Source of the DNA: a bacterium
GTDB lineage: Bacteria; UBA8248; JACPRG01; G963555815
NCBI GenBank assembly: GCA_965218795.1
Contig: OZ244653.1
Coordinates: 3,648,001-3,712,000 of the forward strand
DNA: 64,000 nt
Reading direction: 5' to 3'
Both the position numbers and the translations under genes were made by a program. The notes beneath the pieces were generated by a model. The model ran no database searches. It was not told where the DNA came from and was given only the letters and a program-made list of their open reading frames with translations. This document shows, one piece after another, positions 27,831 through 37,983 of this stretch (the stretch's first letter is position 1; every line of letters begins with the position of its first letter).

Positions 27831-28765
27831 ATGGCCGTTCTGAACTGCCTGATGGATTGCGACCCGGGCGTTGACGACGCCCTGGCGCTGATACTGGCTC
27901 TCGGGCATCCGATACCCGTTTACTCGCAATTACGACCGTCGCGGGGAATGCGCCGCTTGAGGCCTGCACCCGAAACGCCCTCCGGGTGTTGGAGGCTGTG
28001 TCCCCTCAGCGGGCGCCTCCGGTGCACGAAGGGGCTGCCGCGCCCATCGACGGAAACGCTCGGGAGCGGGCCCTCCACGTTCACGGGGAGGATGGTTTGG
28101 GGGATCTCGCTCCCACGGTCTATCCGGAGCCGGCGGGCGGACCGGTTTCGCCGCCAGCGCCCAAGGCCATCCTGCAATACGCCGATGATTTTCCGGGCGA
28201 GGTGACATTGGTCGCTACCGGCCCGCTGACCAATCTGGCCCTGGCCGCGCGGGAAAAACCCGAGCGGTTACACCTCTTCCGGGAAATCGTCGTCATGGGC
28301 GGGGCCGTTCGTGTGCCTGGGAACGTGACGCCCCACGCCGAGTTCAACATCTGGTCCGACCCCGAGGCGTTGGCCATCCTTCTGGCATTGGGCGTTTCCC
28401 CTCTTCTCGTCCCTCTGGACGTGACGATGCAGGTCGTGTTGACGCCGGACCACCTCGAGCGTCTTCCGTTGCAAAACCCTCGAGCGCGTCTCGTCTTGGA
28501 CTGCACCCGAGGATACATGGCCTTTCACAACAAGACGCGGGGAGTAGACGGTTGTTTTCTGCATGATCCCCTGGCGCTCGGTGTCGCCATCGACTCCTCT
28601 TTCGTTGAAATAGAAGAAGTGTATCTGGACGTCACCACGAGCGAATCGGAGGTGAGGGGAAAAACCTTCGAAACGTCACCCGACCGGGGCCACCCCGCTC
28701 GGATATGTACCCGGGTGGATGCAGATCGATTTCTCGATTTCTTTTTGGACTGGATTTCCGTCTAG
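27831..28765 (+). pseudogene. Nucleoside hydrolase (IU-NH/Rih family) with one frameshift near 27910
   Basis: DCDPGVDDALA in frame of 27831; LLAITTVAGN, TGPLTNLA, AEFNIWSDPEA, LHDPLA in frame of 27986. Confidence 0.88.
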
Positions 28766-28822
28766 CCGGGAATCGGATTTCCTCATGGTGGGTTCAACTC
28801 GACCCATCGGATACCGTTTCCA

Positions 28823-29788
28823 TTGACTCCCGAAATCGTCGTCATCGGCAGCGCAAACCTCGACCGCGTGGTCGAAGCCCCCAGGCTGCCGATGCCTGGG
28901 GAGACGGTTCTGGGAGGTGAATATCGGGAATTCTTCGGGGGCAAGGGAGCGAACCAGGCGGTCGCCGCCCGAAAGGCAGCCGGGGCGTCCCTCCGCGCCG
29001 CCTTTGCGGGGAAGATCGGAACCGATGCGGGCGGAGAGAAGTACGTCCGGTACCTGGAGGCCGAAGGCCTGGACCTGACCTTCCTGGCGAAGGATGAGAA
29101 TGCCCCGACCGGTGTTGCGCTCATTGTGGTCGACCCGGGCGGAGAGAACCAGATCGCCGTCGCCCCGGGGGCCAACGCGCGGTTCTCCCCGCAGGATATG
29201 GAAGCGGCCGGAGAATGGATTCGCGGAGCCCGCATCCTTCTGGCGCAGCTTGAAGTTCCGCTGGAAACCGTCCGGACGGCTTTCCGGCTTGGCCGGGAAG
29301 CCGGCGTGAGGACTGTGCTGAACCCGTCACCCGCGTCACCCGGAGCCGAGCTTGAGGAATTATTGGGCTGGACCGACCTCGTCGTTCTCAACCGGGGGGA
29401 GGCGGAGGCCCTCGCCGGCCGGCCGGCGGATTCCGCCGGGCCCGCGCGCGAGGCCTGCGAAATTCTGGCGGCCATGGGGCCGGAGGGTGTCGTGATCACC
29501 CTGGGCGGCGACGGCGCGGTGTTTTCCGGCCCGCGGGGTTCCGGCCACGTCGAGTCCGTTGCCGTCGAGGTCCGCGATACCACGGGCGCCGGCGATGCCT
29601 TTTGCGGCGCCCTGGCCGTCGCATTGTCGGAGGGCGGGGATCTTGAAACCGCTGTCCGATTCGCCTCCGCCGCGGCGGCCCTGGCCTGCACGGTTCCTGG
29701 GGCGCAGCCCTCTCTCCCAATCCGTCCGGACATCGACAAAATGCTTGCAGGGCCCGATCATTCCGCCGCGCGGCGGTCCACTCCTTGA
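28823..29788 (+). CDS. rbsK: Ribokinase
   Basis: GSANLD, GGKGANQAVAA, LAQLEVP, DTTGAGDAF, GAQPS. Confidence 0.93.
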   Translation: MTPEIVVIGSANLDRVVEAPRLPMPGETVLGGEYREFFGGKGANQAVAARKAAGASLRAAFAGKIGTDAGGEKYVRYLEAEGLDLTFLAKDENAPTGVALIVVDPGGENQIAVAPGANARFSPQDMEAAGEWIRGARILLAQLEVPLETVRTAFRLGREAGVRTVLNPSPASPGAELEELLGWTDLVVLNRGEAEALAGRPADSAGPAREACEILAAMGPEGVVITLGGDGAVFSGPRGSGHVESVAVEVRDTTGAGDAFCGALAVALSEGGDLETAVRFASAAAALACTVPGAQPSLPIRPDIDKMLAGPDHSAARRSTP

Positions 29789-29857
29789 AGACGGCTCGTC
29801 CGTCTCCACCTTGCGGGCATGCGGGGCAGATGCTACGATTCCAACCGCTTGCAATGA

Positions 29858-30943
29858 ATGCGTCTTGCCGATTCTCCGGATTCCCGAGACGTACCGGATG
29901 ACGGGCGGAACGGGGGAATTTCTTTCTTGTCTGCAACCAACGGCGGCCAGCACCAGCTGCAGATCAGCGGTCTCCAGACCCACTTCTTCACCTCGGACGG
30001 CGTAGCCCGGGCGGTCGATGGCGTGTCTCTCACCCTGGATGAGGGAGAGACGCTTTGCGTCGTGGGCGAGTCCGGCTGCGGGAAGACGGTTACGGCCCTG
30101 TCGATCCTTCGTCTGATTCCCGATCCGCCCGGCAGAATCGTCGGCGGTGAAATCCGCTTTCAAGGCAAGGATCTCCTCACCTTCTCGGACCGGGAGATCC
30201 GGGCCGTCCGGGGGAACGACATCTCGATGATCTTCCAGGAGCCCATGACCTCCCTGAACCCCGTGTTCTCGGTGGGTTACCAAATCGTGGAGGCCGTCAC
30301 CCTCCACCAGGGCCTGGGCAGCCGCGACGCCTGGGACAAGGCGGTGGAGATGCTCGACAAGGTCGGCATCCCGGACCCGGCTCAGCGGGCCCGCGAGTAC
30401 CCCCACCAGCTTTCGGGCGGAATGCGGCAGCGGGCGATGATCGCCATGGCCCTTTCGTGCAATCCGAAGATCCTGATCGCCGATGAGCCCACCACCGCGC
30501 TGGACGTCACCATCCAGGCCCAAATCATCGAGCTGATGCAGCGTCTCCAGGAGGATTTCGGGACGGCCATCATCATGATCACCCACGACCTCGGCGTCGT
30601 GGCCGAGATGGCGAACCGGGTGGCGGTGATGTACGCGGGCGTGGTGGTCGAGGAGGGAAGCGCCGAGCAGATATTCACCGAGCCCAGGCACCCTTACACC
30701 CAGGGCCTGCTGGAGTCGGTTCCCCGGATCGACGCGGGCCGCGGCGGGCGGCTCCAGGAGATTCCAGGCGTCGTCCCCAGCCTGTACCGCGTTCCCAAGG
30801 GCTGCAAGTTCGAGCCCCGGTGCCCCCATGCCGCGGACCGCTGCCGGGACAGGGAGCCTGCGCTGTTTCAAATCTCCGACGGCCATACGGCCCGCTGCTG
30901 GCTGGAAGACCCCGTGGATCCCATTCCCAGGCGAAGCGCCTGA
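29858..30943 (+). CDS. Oligopeptide/dipeptide ABC transporter ATPase (OppD/DppD); start uncertain
   Basis: [30 protein letters not shown]-terminal Cys cluster. Confidence 0.95.
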   Translation: MRLADSPDSRDVPDDGRNGGISFLSATNGGQHQLQISGLQTHFFTSDGVARAVDGVSLTLDEGETLCVVGESGCGKTVTALSILRLIPDPPGRIVGGEIRFQGKDLLTFSDREIRAVRGNDISMIFQEPMTSLNPVFSVGYQIVEAVTLHQGLGSRDAWDKAVEMLDKVGIPDPAQRAREYPHQLSGGMRQRAMIAMALSCNPKILIADEPTTALDVTIQAQIIELMQRLQEDFGTAIIMITHDLGVVAEMANRVAVMYAGVVVEEGSAEQIFTEPRHPYTQGLLESVPRIDAGRGGRLQEIPGVVPSLYRVPKGCKFEPRCPHAADRCRDREPALFQISDGHTARCWLEDPVDPIPRRSA

Positions 30944-30958
30944 AAGGTTCTTTCCCGC

Positions 30959-31945
30959 ATGGCAGACAATGTTCCGAAAGATGACGTTCTCCTCGAAGTC
31001 GAGGACCTGAAAAAATACTTCCCTGTGCGGGGCGGCGTCTTCGGTAAGAAGGTCGGAGAGGTCAAAGCCGTTGACGGCATCAGCTTCTCCATCCAAAAGG
31101 GGGAAACCCTGGGCCTCGTTGGCGAGAGCGGCTCCGGAAAGTCCACCGCCGGCCGATCCATCCTCCGTCTGATCGAACCCACCAGCGGGCAGGTCCGCTT
31201 CAACGGCCAGAATGTATTCAAGCTCGGCAAGGAAGAACTTCGCGAAATGCGCCGCCGGATGCAGATCATCTTTCAGGACCCCTACGCCTCCTTGAACCCC
31301 CGGATGACCGTGGGCAGCATCGTGGGCGAGCCCTTCGCCATCCACAAGATCGCCGCCGGGCGGGACCGCGTGGAGCGTGTGGAGGCGCTGCTCATGCGCG
31401 TGGGGCTGTCGGCCGACCACATGCGGCGCTACCCCCACGAGTTCAGCGGCGGGCAGCGGCAGCGAATCGGCATCGCCCGGGCCCTGGCGCTCCATCCCGA
31501 GTTCATCATCGGCGACGAGCCGGTCTCGGCCCTGGACGTCTCCATCCAGGCGCAGGTGATCAATCTGCTGGAGGAGCTCCAACAAGAGATGGGCCTGAGC
31601 TACCTGATCATCGCCCACGACCTCAGCGTGGTCCGGCACATCAGCCACCGGATAGCGGTGATGTACCTCGGAAAGCTCGTCGAGATCGCCGGCAATGAGC
31701 AGTTGTACAATAACCCCCTCCACCCCTATACGGAGGCCCTGCTGTCGGCCGTGCCCGTTCCCGATCCCAGGATGAAGAAGGAACGTATCGTCCTGACGGG
31801 CGATATCCCGAGCCCCATCAACCCGCCCTCCGGCTGCGTTTTCCATACCCGCTGCCCCATTGCCGAAGACCGCTGCAAAATCGAAATCCCCGAGCTCCGC
31901 AAACTCGATGACGGCCGCCTTCTGGCCTGTCACCTGAGGGGATGA
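30959..31945 (+). CDS. Oligopeptide/dipeptide ABC transporter ATPase (OppF/DppF)
   Basis: [34 protein letters not shown]. Confidence 0.95.
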   Translation: MADNVPKDDVLLEVEDLKKYFPVRGGVFGKKVGEVKAVDGISFSIQKGETLGLVGESGSGKSTAGRSILRLIEPTSGQVRFNGQNVFKLGKEELREMRRRMQIIFQDPYASLNPRMTVGSIVGEPFAIHKIAAGRDRVERVEALLMRVGLSADHMRRYPHEFSGGQRQRIGIARALALHPEFIIGDEPVSALDVSIQAQVINLLEELQQEMGLSYLIIAHDLSVVRHISHRIAVMYLGKLVEIAGNEQLYNNPLHPYTEALLSAVPVPDPRMKKERIVLTGDIPSPINPPSGCVFHTRCPIAEDRCKIEIPELRKLDDGRLLACHLRG

Positions 31946-31976
31946 GAGGATTTGGGGGACATGTTGGCGGCAACGC

Positions 31977-32232
31977 GCCTGTCTGCGTGCGACGCACAGG
32001 CAGGCCGGGCGAATGCCTGGCCGGGCAGGGCGGCCATTGAAGGGCGGGTACGGAGCCCCGCCCCTACGGGGCCGCTCGCTGAGCGGCGGGCCATTGCCGC
32101 CCGGTTTCGATGGGCCTTCGGCCCCGCCTGGATTCCTGTTGCAGCCTGCCCTCGAATGTCTTAGTCGAGGGCAGGAATGACAGACTATTGTGCGCGGGCC
32201 TCGTTCGTCATTCCTGCGCAAGCAGGAATCCA
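31977..32232. repeat. Mixed REP cluster
   Basis: GCCTGTCTGCGTGCGACGCACAGGCAGGC palindrome; GTAG-type REP on minus strand (AGGGCGGGTACGGAGCCCCGCCCCTAC); GGATTCC..GGAATGAC with insert; GTCATTCCTGCGCAAGCAGGAATCC. Confidence 0.85.
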
Positions 32233-32272
32233 CTTCCCCCCTTCTGATCCAACGAATTACGTGGGGGGGAGA

Positions 32273-32641
32273 TTTTGGGCACTTGCGCGCCGGCCATTTC
32301 GCGGATGAGGATCTTTCTGAGAATCATGGCCTCTGCGGCGCACGTCCATGCGACAGCTTGATGAGCAGGCATGCAAGTGCATAAATTGGGGGGACATTTT
32401 GAAAAATGTCCCCCCAAACCCCCCTCAAAAACTTTCATCTCGCGATGTTCATTTCGCGATGGAGGATCGCCCATGTTCATGGGCGATCCTCCATCGCAGC
32501 AGTTTTCCTCATGGTTCATGTTCCGCGCCGGCAGACCTGTGGTCAGCAGACCCGCCTACGCCGCGAGCAGGCCGAGCATTGGCTCGGCCGTCGAAAGTTT
32601 CTCGGGGGGTGAGGGGGGCGGCTTTTCAAAGAAGCCCCCCT
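32273..32641. repeat. Long modular repeat, inverted relative to 35280-35597
   Basis: GCCGGCCATTTCGCGGATGAG..GCACGTCCATGCG..CTTGATGAGCAGGCATGCAAGTGCAT and GTTCATGTTCCGCGC..CGCCGCGAGCAGGCCG..GCTCGGCCGTCGAAAGTTT match the reverse complement of the 35.3-35.6 kb copy. Confidence 0.9.
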
Positions 32642-33053
32642 CTGACTTGACCCTTCGCTCCGCTTCAGGCCGGCTTCAGAGTGCCCCCCGTTCCCCAAGG
32701 AGCCTGTTCGGCGTCTGTGGATCCCTTCCAAAGCCAAAAGCCAAATAAAAAGTCCAAGCTATTCCTTGAAAATTTGGCTTTGTTTGGTCCTTTTTTTAAT
32801 GTTTCGGCCCTCATTGGAACGCGGATTCACTCCCCCATCGAACATCAGTCACGCGCATTCCAACCCATCTCGATTCCACCATTCCCCCCTTTTTCTTCCG
32901 CCAAGCCGTCTTTGAGGATCGAATATTGGCCCTTATTAAACGAAAGTCAATCGAAAATACGATCTGCATTTGAAAAAATCGGCGAAGAAATTCGGGTCAG
33001 AGGCGAACTGGTATGCTGAAAAGACGCCCGGAGATGATCGGCTAAAGCAGGGA

Positions 33054-34214
33054 TTACCCGACCGGCTTTCTCGGCAACGAAGCGGTTCCCGCCATGCACA
33101 CAAAGACAACCACCAACACCAGGACCCAGCTCGCCGTGAAGCTGTCGGTCAGGTCATGAACCAGACCCATCAGGAACGGGCCGACAAAGGCGCCCGCATA
33201 TCCCACCAGGAAGTTCGCCCCGGCGACGCTCCCGACTTTGTGAGGCTCCACGTAATCCAGCGGCAACGCGAAGTTCATCGCGAAAACGCCCCCTGAAGCG
33301 AGCCCCATAATCACGAAATTCGTTTGGGGCGCTTTCAAGGGAAAGAAAATCATCCCCAGCAACGTCAATAGAAGAATGAAGTTCGAGAAAATCAGGGTTC
33401 CCCTTCGACCGCCAACCCGGTCGGATAGGTAAGGGAGACCCAGGCTGGAAGGCAAGGCCATCAGGATGAAGAGGGTCAGGAGCAAAGCGCCCCCCTCCAG
33501 ATTCATACCGAGCTCATGATAGTAGGTCGGCGTCCATGTGATCACGCAATAAAAGAAGATATTGTGCGTCAGGAAGAGCGTGTTCAGCTTCCAGACGGTC
33601 TTGTCCCGCCAAATCTCAGCCAGTTGAGGGGCCCTTCCGCCGTGCGCGGGAGGGGTTGGACGGGCCAAAATCACCCATCCCAGCAGGGTGAAAAACGCAA
33701 CGCCGCCCCACACCATGAACGTTCCCCGCCAAGACCCCGACCACTGGAGGAGATAGGGCACGGTCAGCCATGAGCCCAACGTGGCGCCGATGACAAAGCC
33801 GGTGGTGTTGATTCCCGTCGCCGTTCCCGGCATGTCGGAAAAATGGTCTTTGACCATCCGTGTCAGGCCCGGAGTCGCGATACCCACCCCGAAGCCCAAC
33901 AGGGCGGTCCAGATCACCAGGGACAAGTACCCGCTCACCATCGCCCGGAACAGACCTCCCACCAAAATGGCGAGCATTCCCAGGGTGAGGGCGCGCTTCA
34001 CGCCTTTGGTGTCCGCAAGCCATCCCCCCGGCAGGCCGAAAATCGCCATCATCACGGTGGGGATGCTGAAAAGGAATCCCGCTTCCGCGTAGCTGAGACC
34101 CAGGTCGGTTTTAATGAGGGGCAGGATCGGGGAGACTCCTAAAACGCTCGCGCGCATATTCAAGGCCACGCACCACGTCAAGGCAAGAAGGAACCAACGA
34201 TTCTGTGTCGGCAA
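33054..34214 (-). CDS. MFS transporter (CynX/NimT-like)
   Basis: ALNMRAS, GWLADTKG, LSDRVGGRR, GPFLMGLVHDLTDSF; likely TTG start at 34214 with GAGGAAG upstream. Confidence 0.9.
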   Translation of the reverse strand: MPTQNRWFLLALTWCVALNMRASVLGVSPILPLIKTDLGLSYAEAGFLFSIPTVMMAIFGLPGGWLADTKGVKRALTLGMLAILVGGLFRAMVSGYLSLVIWTALLGFGVGIATPGLTRMVKDHFSDMPGTATGINTTGFVIGATLGSWLTVPYLLQWSGSWRGTFMVWGGVAFFTLLGWVILARPTPPAHGGRAPQLAEIWRDKTVWKLNTLFLTHNIFFYCVITWTPTYYHELGMNLEGGALLLTLFILMALPSSLGLPYLSDRVGGRRGTLIFSNFILLLTLLGMIFFPLKAPQTNFVIMGLASGGVFAMNFALPLDYVEPHKVGSVAGANFLVGYAGAFVGPFLMGLVHDLTDSFTASWVLVLVVVFVCMAGTASLPRKPVG

Positions 34215-34357
34215 GGGTTTCGACTTCCTCGTTGATGACGGATTGATTTGTGAACGAAGAACAGGAAGATCCAACGTAAATATTATCGCACACGCCGAAG
34301 CAAAGGATCTTATCGATTGATGCGAGGAGGAAGTCTCGGTCTGCTGGTCTGCCAATT

Positions 34358-34625
34358 GAGGAAATAGAAAACTTCTGGAGGGGCATTTTGGAAATTGCTC
34401 CTCCATGCCTCCTGACGCCGTCCTTCGGGATCGTACGTAACACGCACGATCCCGAAGAGGAAAGTTGTTGCGATGGGGCGCGAAGCGCGCCATCGCGAAA
34501 TGGAAGTTTTCGAAGGGGGGTTTTAGGGGGGAGCAGTTTTCAAAATGTTCCCCCCTGAAAGTCTCTGAAACTGTCTATTCTCACCACTCCGGTAATAGAT
34601 TGATCGGCATGACGATTGCGAAGGA
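34358..34625 (+). repeat. Direct copy of the 35275-35672 block including the glcD promoter and first codons
   Basis: GAGGAAATAGAAAACTTCTGGAGGGGCATTTTG, GAGGAAAGTTGTTGCGATGGGGCGCGAAGCGCGCCATCGCGA and CAAAATGTTCCCCCCTGAAAGTCTCTGAAA..TCACCACT..TAGATTGAT..CATG.CGATTGCG present in both. Confidence 0.9.
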
Positions 34626-34670
34626 CCTGAATGAGAGAATATATTCTTGTCTTCCTACGAGGAGGTACGC

Positions 34671-35258
34671 ATGAACGATGAAACCGATCCCAGGAGTTCC
34701 AGTGGAGGCAGAGGTGAGTTGATCGCCTATGTTGTGGCGGACTGTAAGGCGAGCGATACGCTGGTCCACGAAGTCGTCGGATATCAGGAGATCATGAAGA
34801 ACGAGGATGAGTATCCGGGACAAAGCGCGGGCCAAACCAAACCCGAGATGATCGGCGCAAACCAGACATTCTACGTCGACGAGCCGCCGATCCTCGGCGG
34901 GGAAGGCAAATATCCCCAGCCGCTCACCTACGTGGCCGGAGGCATCGGTGCCTGACTGCTCACCCAGGTGAAGCGGTTCGCTTCGATGATGAAGATCAAG
35001 CTGAACGCCGCAAGCGTCCGGGTGGAAATGGATTACTTTCGCAGCGGGTCGGTCCTCCGGGGAGACATGACAAGCGGCTGCCGGGAGGTCCGCACGTTTT
35101 TCGAAATTGAATCCGACGCGCCCAAAGATGAGCTACGCCAACTCGTCCGAAACGCCAAAGGCGGATGCTTCGCCGAAAACATGGTCCAGACAGCAGTCTC
35201 GCTCAAAAGCGTCATCACTGTGAACGGAGAAAAACTGGATCCTTCCGAGCTCAAGTGA
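34671..35258 (+). CDS. OsmC/Ohr-family protein with in-frame UGA (probable selenocysteine), 195 aa
   Basis: GAGGAGG SD; VDEPPILGGEGKYPQPLTYVAGGIGA-UGA(34953-34955)-LLTQ continues in frame to AKGGCFAE; the UGA sits at the first catalytic Cys position. Confidence 0.88.
34956..34992 (+). promoter_or_regulatory. Candidate bacterial SECIS element
   Basis: Perfect stem GAAGCG(34970-75)-GTT-CGCTTC(34979-84); G-led apical loop about 20 nt after the UGA. Confidence 0.6.
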
Positions 35259-35274
35259 TCGTACAACTTTACAG

Positions 35275-35612
35275 GAGGAAATAGAAAACTTCTGGAGGGG
35301 CATTTTGAAAATTGCCCCTCCAGGCCTCCCGCAAAAACTTTCGACGGCCGAGCGAATGTTCGGCCTGCTCGCGGCGGCGTCTTGCAGCTATTCGCCAGTC
35401 CTGCCGCGCGGAACATGAACAATGAGGAAAGTTGTTGCGATGGGGCGCGAAGCGCGCCATCGCGAGAGGACACATCGTGTCAGCTTGATGCACTTGCATG
35501 CCTGCTCATCAAGCAATCGCATGGACGTGCGCCACAGAGGCCATGAGTCTGAGAAAGATTCTCATCCGCGAAATGGCCGGCACGCAAGCGCCCAAAATGT
35601 TCCCCCCTGAAA
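35275..35612. repeat. Long modular repeat copy
   Basis: Direct match to parts of 34358-34625; inverted match to 32273-32641. Confidence 0.9.
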
Positions 35613-35622
35613 GTCTCTGAAA

Positions 35623-35651
35623 TTGTCTACTCACCACTTCGGTGATAGATT
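35623..35651 (+). promoter_or_regulatory. Sigma70-like promoter, probably giving a leaderless glcD mRNA
   Basis: TTGTCT-17 bp-TAGATT, ATG 7 nt downstream, no SD. Confidence 0.5.
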
Positions 35652-35658
35652 GATTCCC

Positions 35659-37053
35659 ATGGCGATTGCGGAAGTCTTACTCGACCGGTTGCGGGAGATG
35701 TTCCCGGCGGAACGGGTCCTCGAGGCCATCGAGGAGCGGATCACCTACGCGCGGGACGGCACCCAGCGGGCCGAATCCGTCCCGGACGTCGTCGTGCGCG
35801 CCGTCTCGGCCGACGAGGTGGAGGCGATCGTCCGCTTCGCCCACGAAGAAGAAATCCCCATCACGCCGCGCGGCGCGGGGACCAGTACCACCGGCGGGGC
35901 TATCCCCGTCCGGCAGGGGATCCTCCTCGACCTCACGGCCATGAACAGGATCAAGGAGATCGACGAGGCCAACCTCCTGGCGGTGGTTCAACCGGGGTTG
36001 ATCACGGCCCGGTTTCAGGCCGAGGTGGAGAAGCGGGGGCTCTTTTACCCGCCGGACCCGGCCAGCAGGTCGGCGTGCACCTTGGGCGGTAACGCAGCCA
36101 TGTGCGCGGGCGGGCCCCGAGGGGTGAAGTACGGCGTCACGAAGGACTACGTCATCGGCCTGGAAGCCGTCACGCCGGCCTTCGGCCGGATTCGCACGGG
36201 CGTGCGGACGGTGAAGGGCGTAGTCGGCTACGACCTCACGAAGCTCCTGGTGGGCTCGGAGGGAACGCTGGGCGTCATCACGGAGATGACCCTGCGGCTC
36301 ATCCCGAAGCCCGAGGCCACGGGTCTGATGCTGGCGGCCTTTCCCGGCCTCCTGGCCGCTTCGGAGACGGTGTCGCGGATCATCGCCGCCCGCATCATTC
36401 CCTCCACACTGGAGTTTCTCGACAAGCATTGCATCCGGGCGGCGGAGCACCACCTCCACGCGGGTCTGCCGCTGGACGCCGAAGCCCTGCTCCTCATCCA
36501 GGTGGACGGCCCGAAGGAGTCCATCGCGCCCCAGCTTGAGCGCATTCGGGAAATCTGCCGCGGGAGGGGGGCCGCCCCGATCCGCGTTGCGGAAACCCCC
36601 GAGGAGGCGGCCGCGTTGATGACGGTCCGGACGAGCCTGGCGAACGCGATCCTCCACATTCAGCCGACGAAGATCAACGAGGATATCGCGGTGCCGCGCT
36701 CGCGTATTCCGGAGATGATCCAGCGGCTCCAGGAAATCGGCGACCGAAGGGGCCACTTGATCATCACGTTCGGACACGCCGGAGACGGCAACCTGCACGT
36801 GAACGTGATGACGGATGAACGAGACGCGGAGAAAATGGCCAGCGCCATGGAGGCCGTGCGGGATATCTTTGAATCAACGGTCGAGATGGACGGCACGCTG
36901 TCGGGCGAGCACGGGATCGGGATCACGAAGTCGGAGTACCTGCCCCTGGAACAACCCCCCCACCTTATCGAGCTTCAAAAACAAATCAAGGCGGTCTTCG
37001 ATCCCCATCACATCATGAACCCCGGCAAGATCTTCTGGCCGGTAAAGCATTGA
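35659..37053 (+). CDS. glcD: FAD-linked oxidase, glycolate oxidase subunit GlcD/D-lactate dehydrogenase family
   Basis: PRGAGTSTTGG, YPPDPAS, KYGVTKDYV, GSEGTLG, GHAGDGNLH, SGEHGIG, MNPGK. Confidence 0.88.
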   Translation: MAIAEVLLDRLREMFPAERVLEAIEERITYARDGTQRAESVPDVVVRAVSADEVEAIVRFAHEEEIPITPRGAGTSTTGGAIPVRQGILLDLTAMNRIKEIDEANLLAVVQPGLITARFQAEVEKRGLFYPPDPASRSACTLGGNAAMCAGGPRGVKYGVTKDYVIGLEAVTPAFGRIRTGVRTVKGVVGYDLTKLLVGSEGTLGVITEMTLRLIPKPEATGLMLAAFPGLLAASETVSRIIAARIIPSTLEFLDKHCIRAAEHHLHAGLPLDAEALLLIQVDGPKESIAPQLERIREICRGRGAAPIRVAETPEEAAALMTVRTSLANAILHIQPTKINEDIAVPRSRIPEMIQRLQEIGDRRGHLIITFGHAGDGNLHVNVMTDERDAEKMASAMEAVRDIFESTVEMDGTLSGEHGIGITKSEYLPLEQPPHLIELQKQIKAVFDPHHIMNPGKIFWPVKH

Positions 37054-37084
37054 GAAAACAGCGGGTTCCGCGCAGAAGGATTGG

Positions 37085-37186
37085 CGAGCAGGCGTAACGC
37101 CATCGCCGCGGGCAGGCCCGGTTGCACCGGGCCGTCAAAAGTTTTTGGGGGAGGTCTGAAGGGGCAATTTTCAAATTGCCCCTTCA
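37085..37186. repeat. Partial copy of the long modular/palindromic repeat
   Basis: GGCCGTCAAAAGTTTTTGGGGGAGGTCTGAAGGGGCAATTTTCAAATTGCCCCTTCAG between convergent genes. Confidence 0.75.
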
Positions 37187-37194
37187 GTGGTTTT

Positions 37195-37794
37195 TCATTT
37201 CCGAATCACCACCCAGAGACCGTGTCTTTTGTCCAGCCGTGATTTTTCCCAGACACCGGCTTCTCGGGCGAAGGCTTCCGCTTCCTCATGGCTCACCACC
37301 TTTTTGCCGAGTTGTCGGTTGAGGTCGCGGGCTTCCGCCGCGATCTTATCGATTTCCTCGTTCGGGGCGGTTGCGCCGAAGCCTCCCCCGATGAAGGCCG
37401 CGCCGCCCGGCTTGAGAACCCGATGTCCTTCCCGGAGGAGTTTCACGGAGTCCCAGATGAAGAAGAGCGCGCCGCGGAAATAGACCAGGTCGAAAGTCTC
37501 ATCTTCGTAAGGCAGGGCTTCCACGTCGGCTTCATCCAGCTTCACCTTTTGCAGGACCCCGGCTTGGCCGAGGTAATCCTCGAAGTGGGGACGAAGGCCC
37601 GGCGTATTGTCGCCGATGGTGATCTCCAAGTCCGGCGCGCATTCAAGGAGCGCCGCGGAGATACCGGGCGCGTAGGGGCCCATTTCCAGCGTCCGACCGG
37701 AGGTGCGGCCGTAATCGTCCAGGATTTGTCGGGCGATGTACGGATAGAAATCCTTGTACATCCAGTTGACCGTGATGATGTCGTTCAGCTCCAT
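37195..37794 (-). CDS. Class I SAM-dependent methyltransferase
   Basis: LEMGPYAPG, ADVEALPYEDETFDLV, RGALFF, RVLKPGG...GGGFG. Confidence 0.85.
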   Translation of the reverse strand: MELNDIITVNWMYKDFYPYIARQILDDYGRTSGRTLEMGPYAPGISAALLECAPDLEITIGDNTPGLRPHFEDYLGQAGVLQKVKLDEADVEALPYEDETFDLVYFRGALFFIWDSVKLLREGHRVLKPGGAAFIGGGFGATAPNEEIDKIAAEARDLNRQLGKKVVSHEEAEAFAREAGVWEKSRLDKRHGLWVVIRK

Positions 37795-37899
37795 GGGAGG
37801 CCTTTCTTCGGTGAGGTCGGGTTCATTCTCCCCCGTCGGGGGGTCCGTGTAAGGGTCTCTCGGATTTCGGGGCAACGTCACAGGAGATTCTAACATTGC

Positions 37900-37928
37900 C
37901 TGACATCGGGTTTCGGCCTCCGTATAAT
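37900..37928 (+). promoter_or_regulatory. Sigma70-like promoter
   Basis: CTGACA-17 bp-TATAAT upstream of 37984. Confidence 0.6.
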
Positions 37929-37983
37929 GCGGGTTGCGATCATTCCTCGGATGTCATTGTGATTCCAGGACAGGAGAAAAATC

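Noticed and set aside
34953-34955. TGA as a simple nonsense mutation
   Set aside because: It falls exactly at the catalytic Cys, the rest of the frame is intact and a SECIS-like hairpin follows; not fully excluded without sel genes
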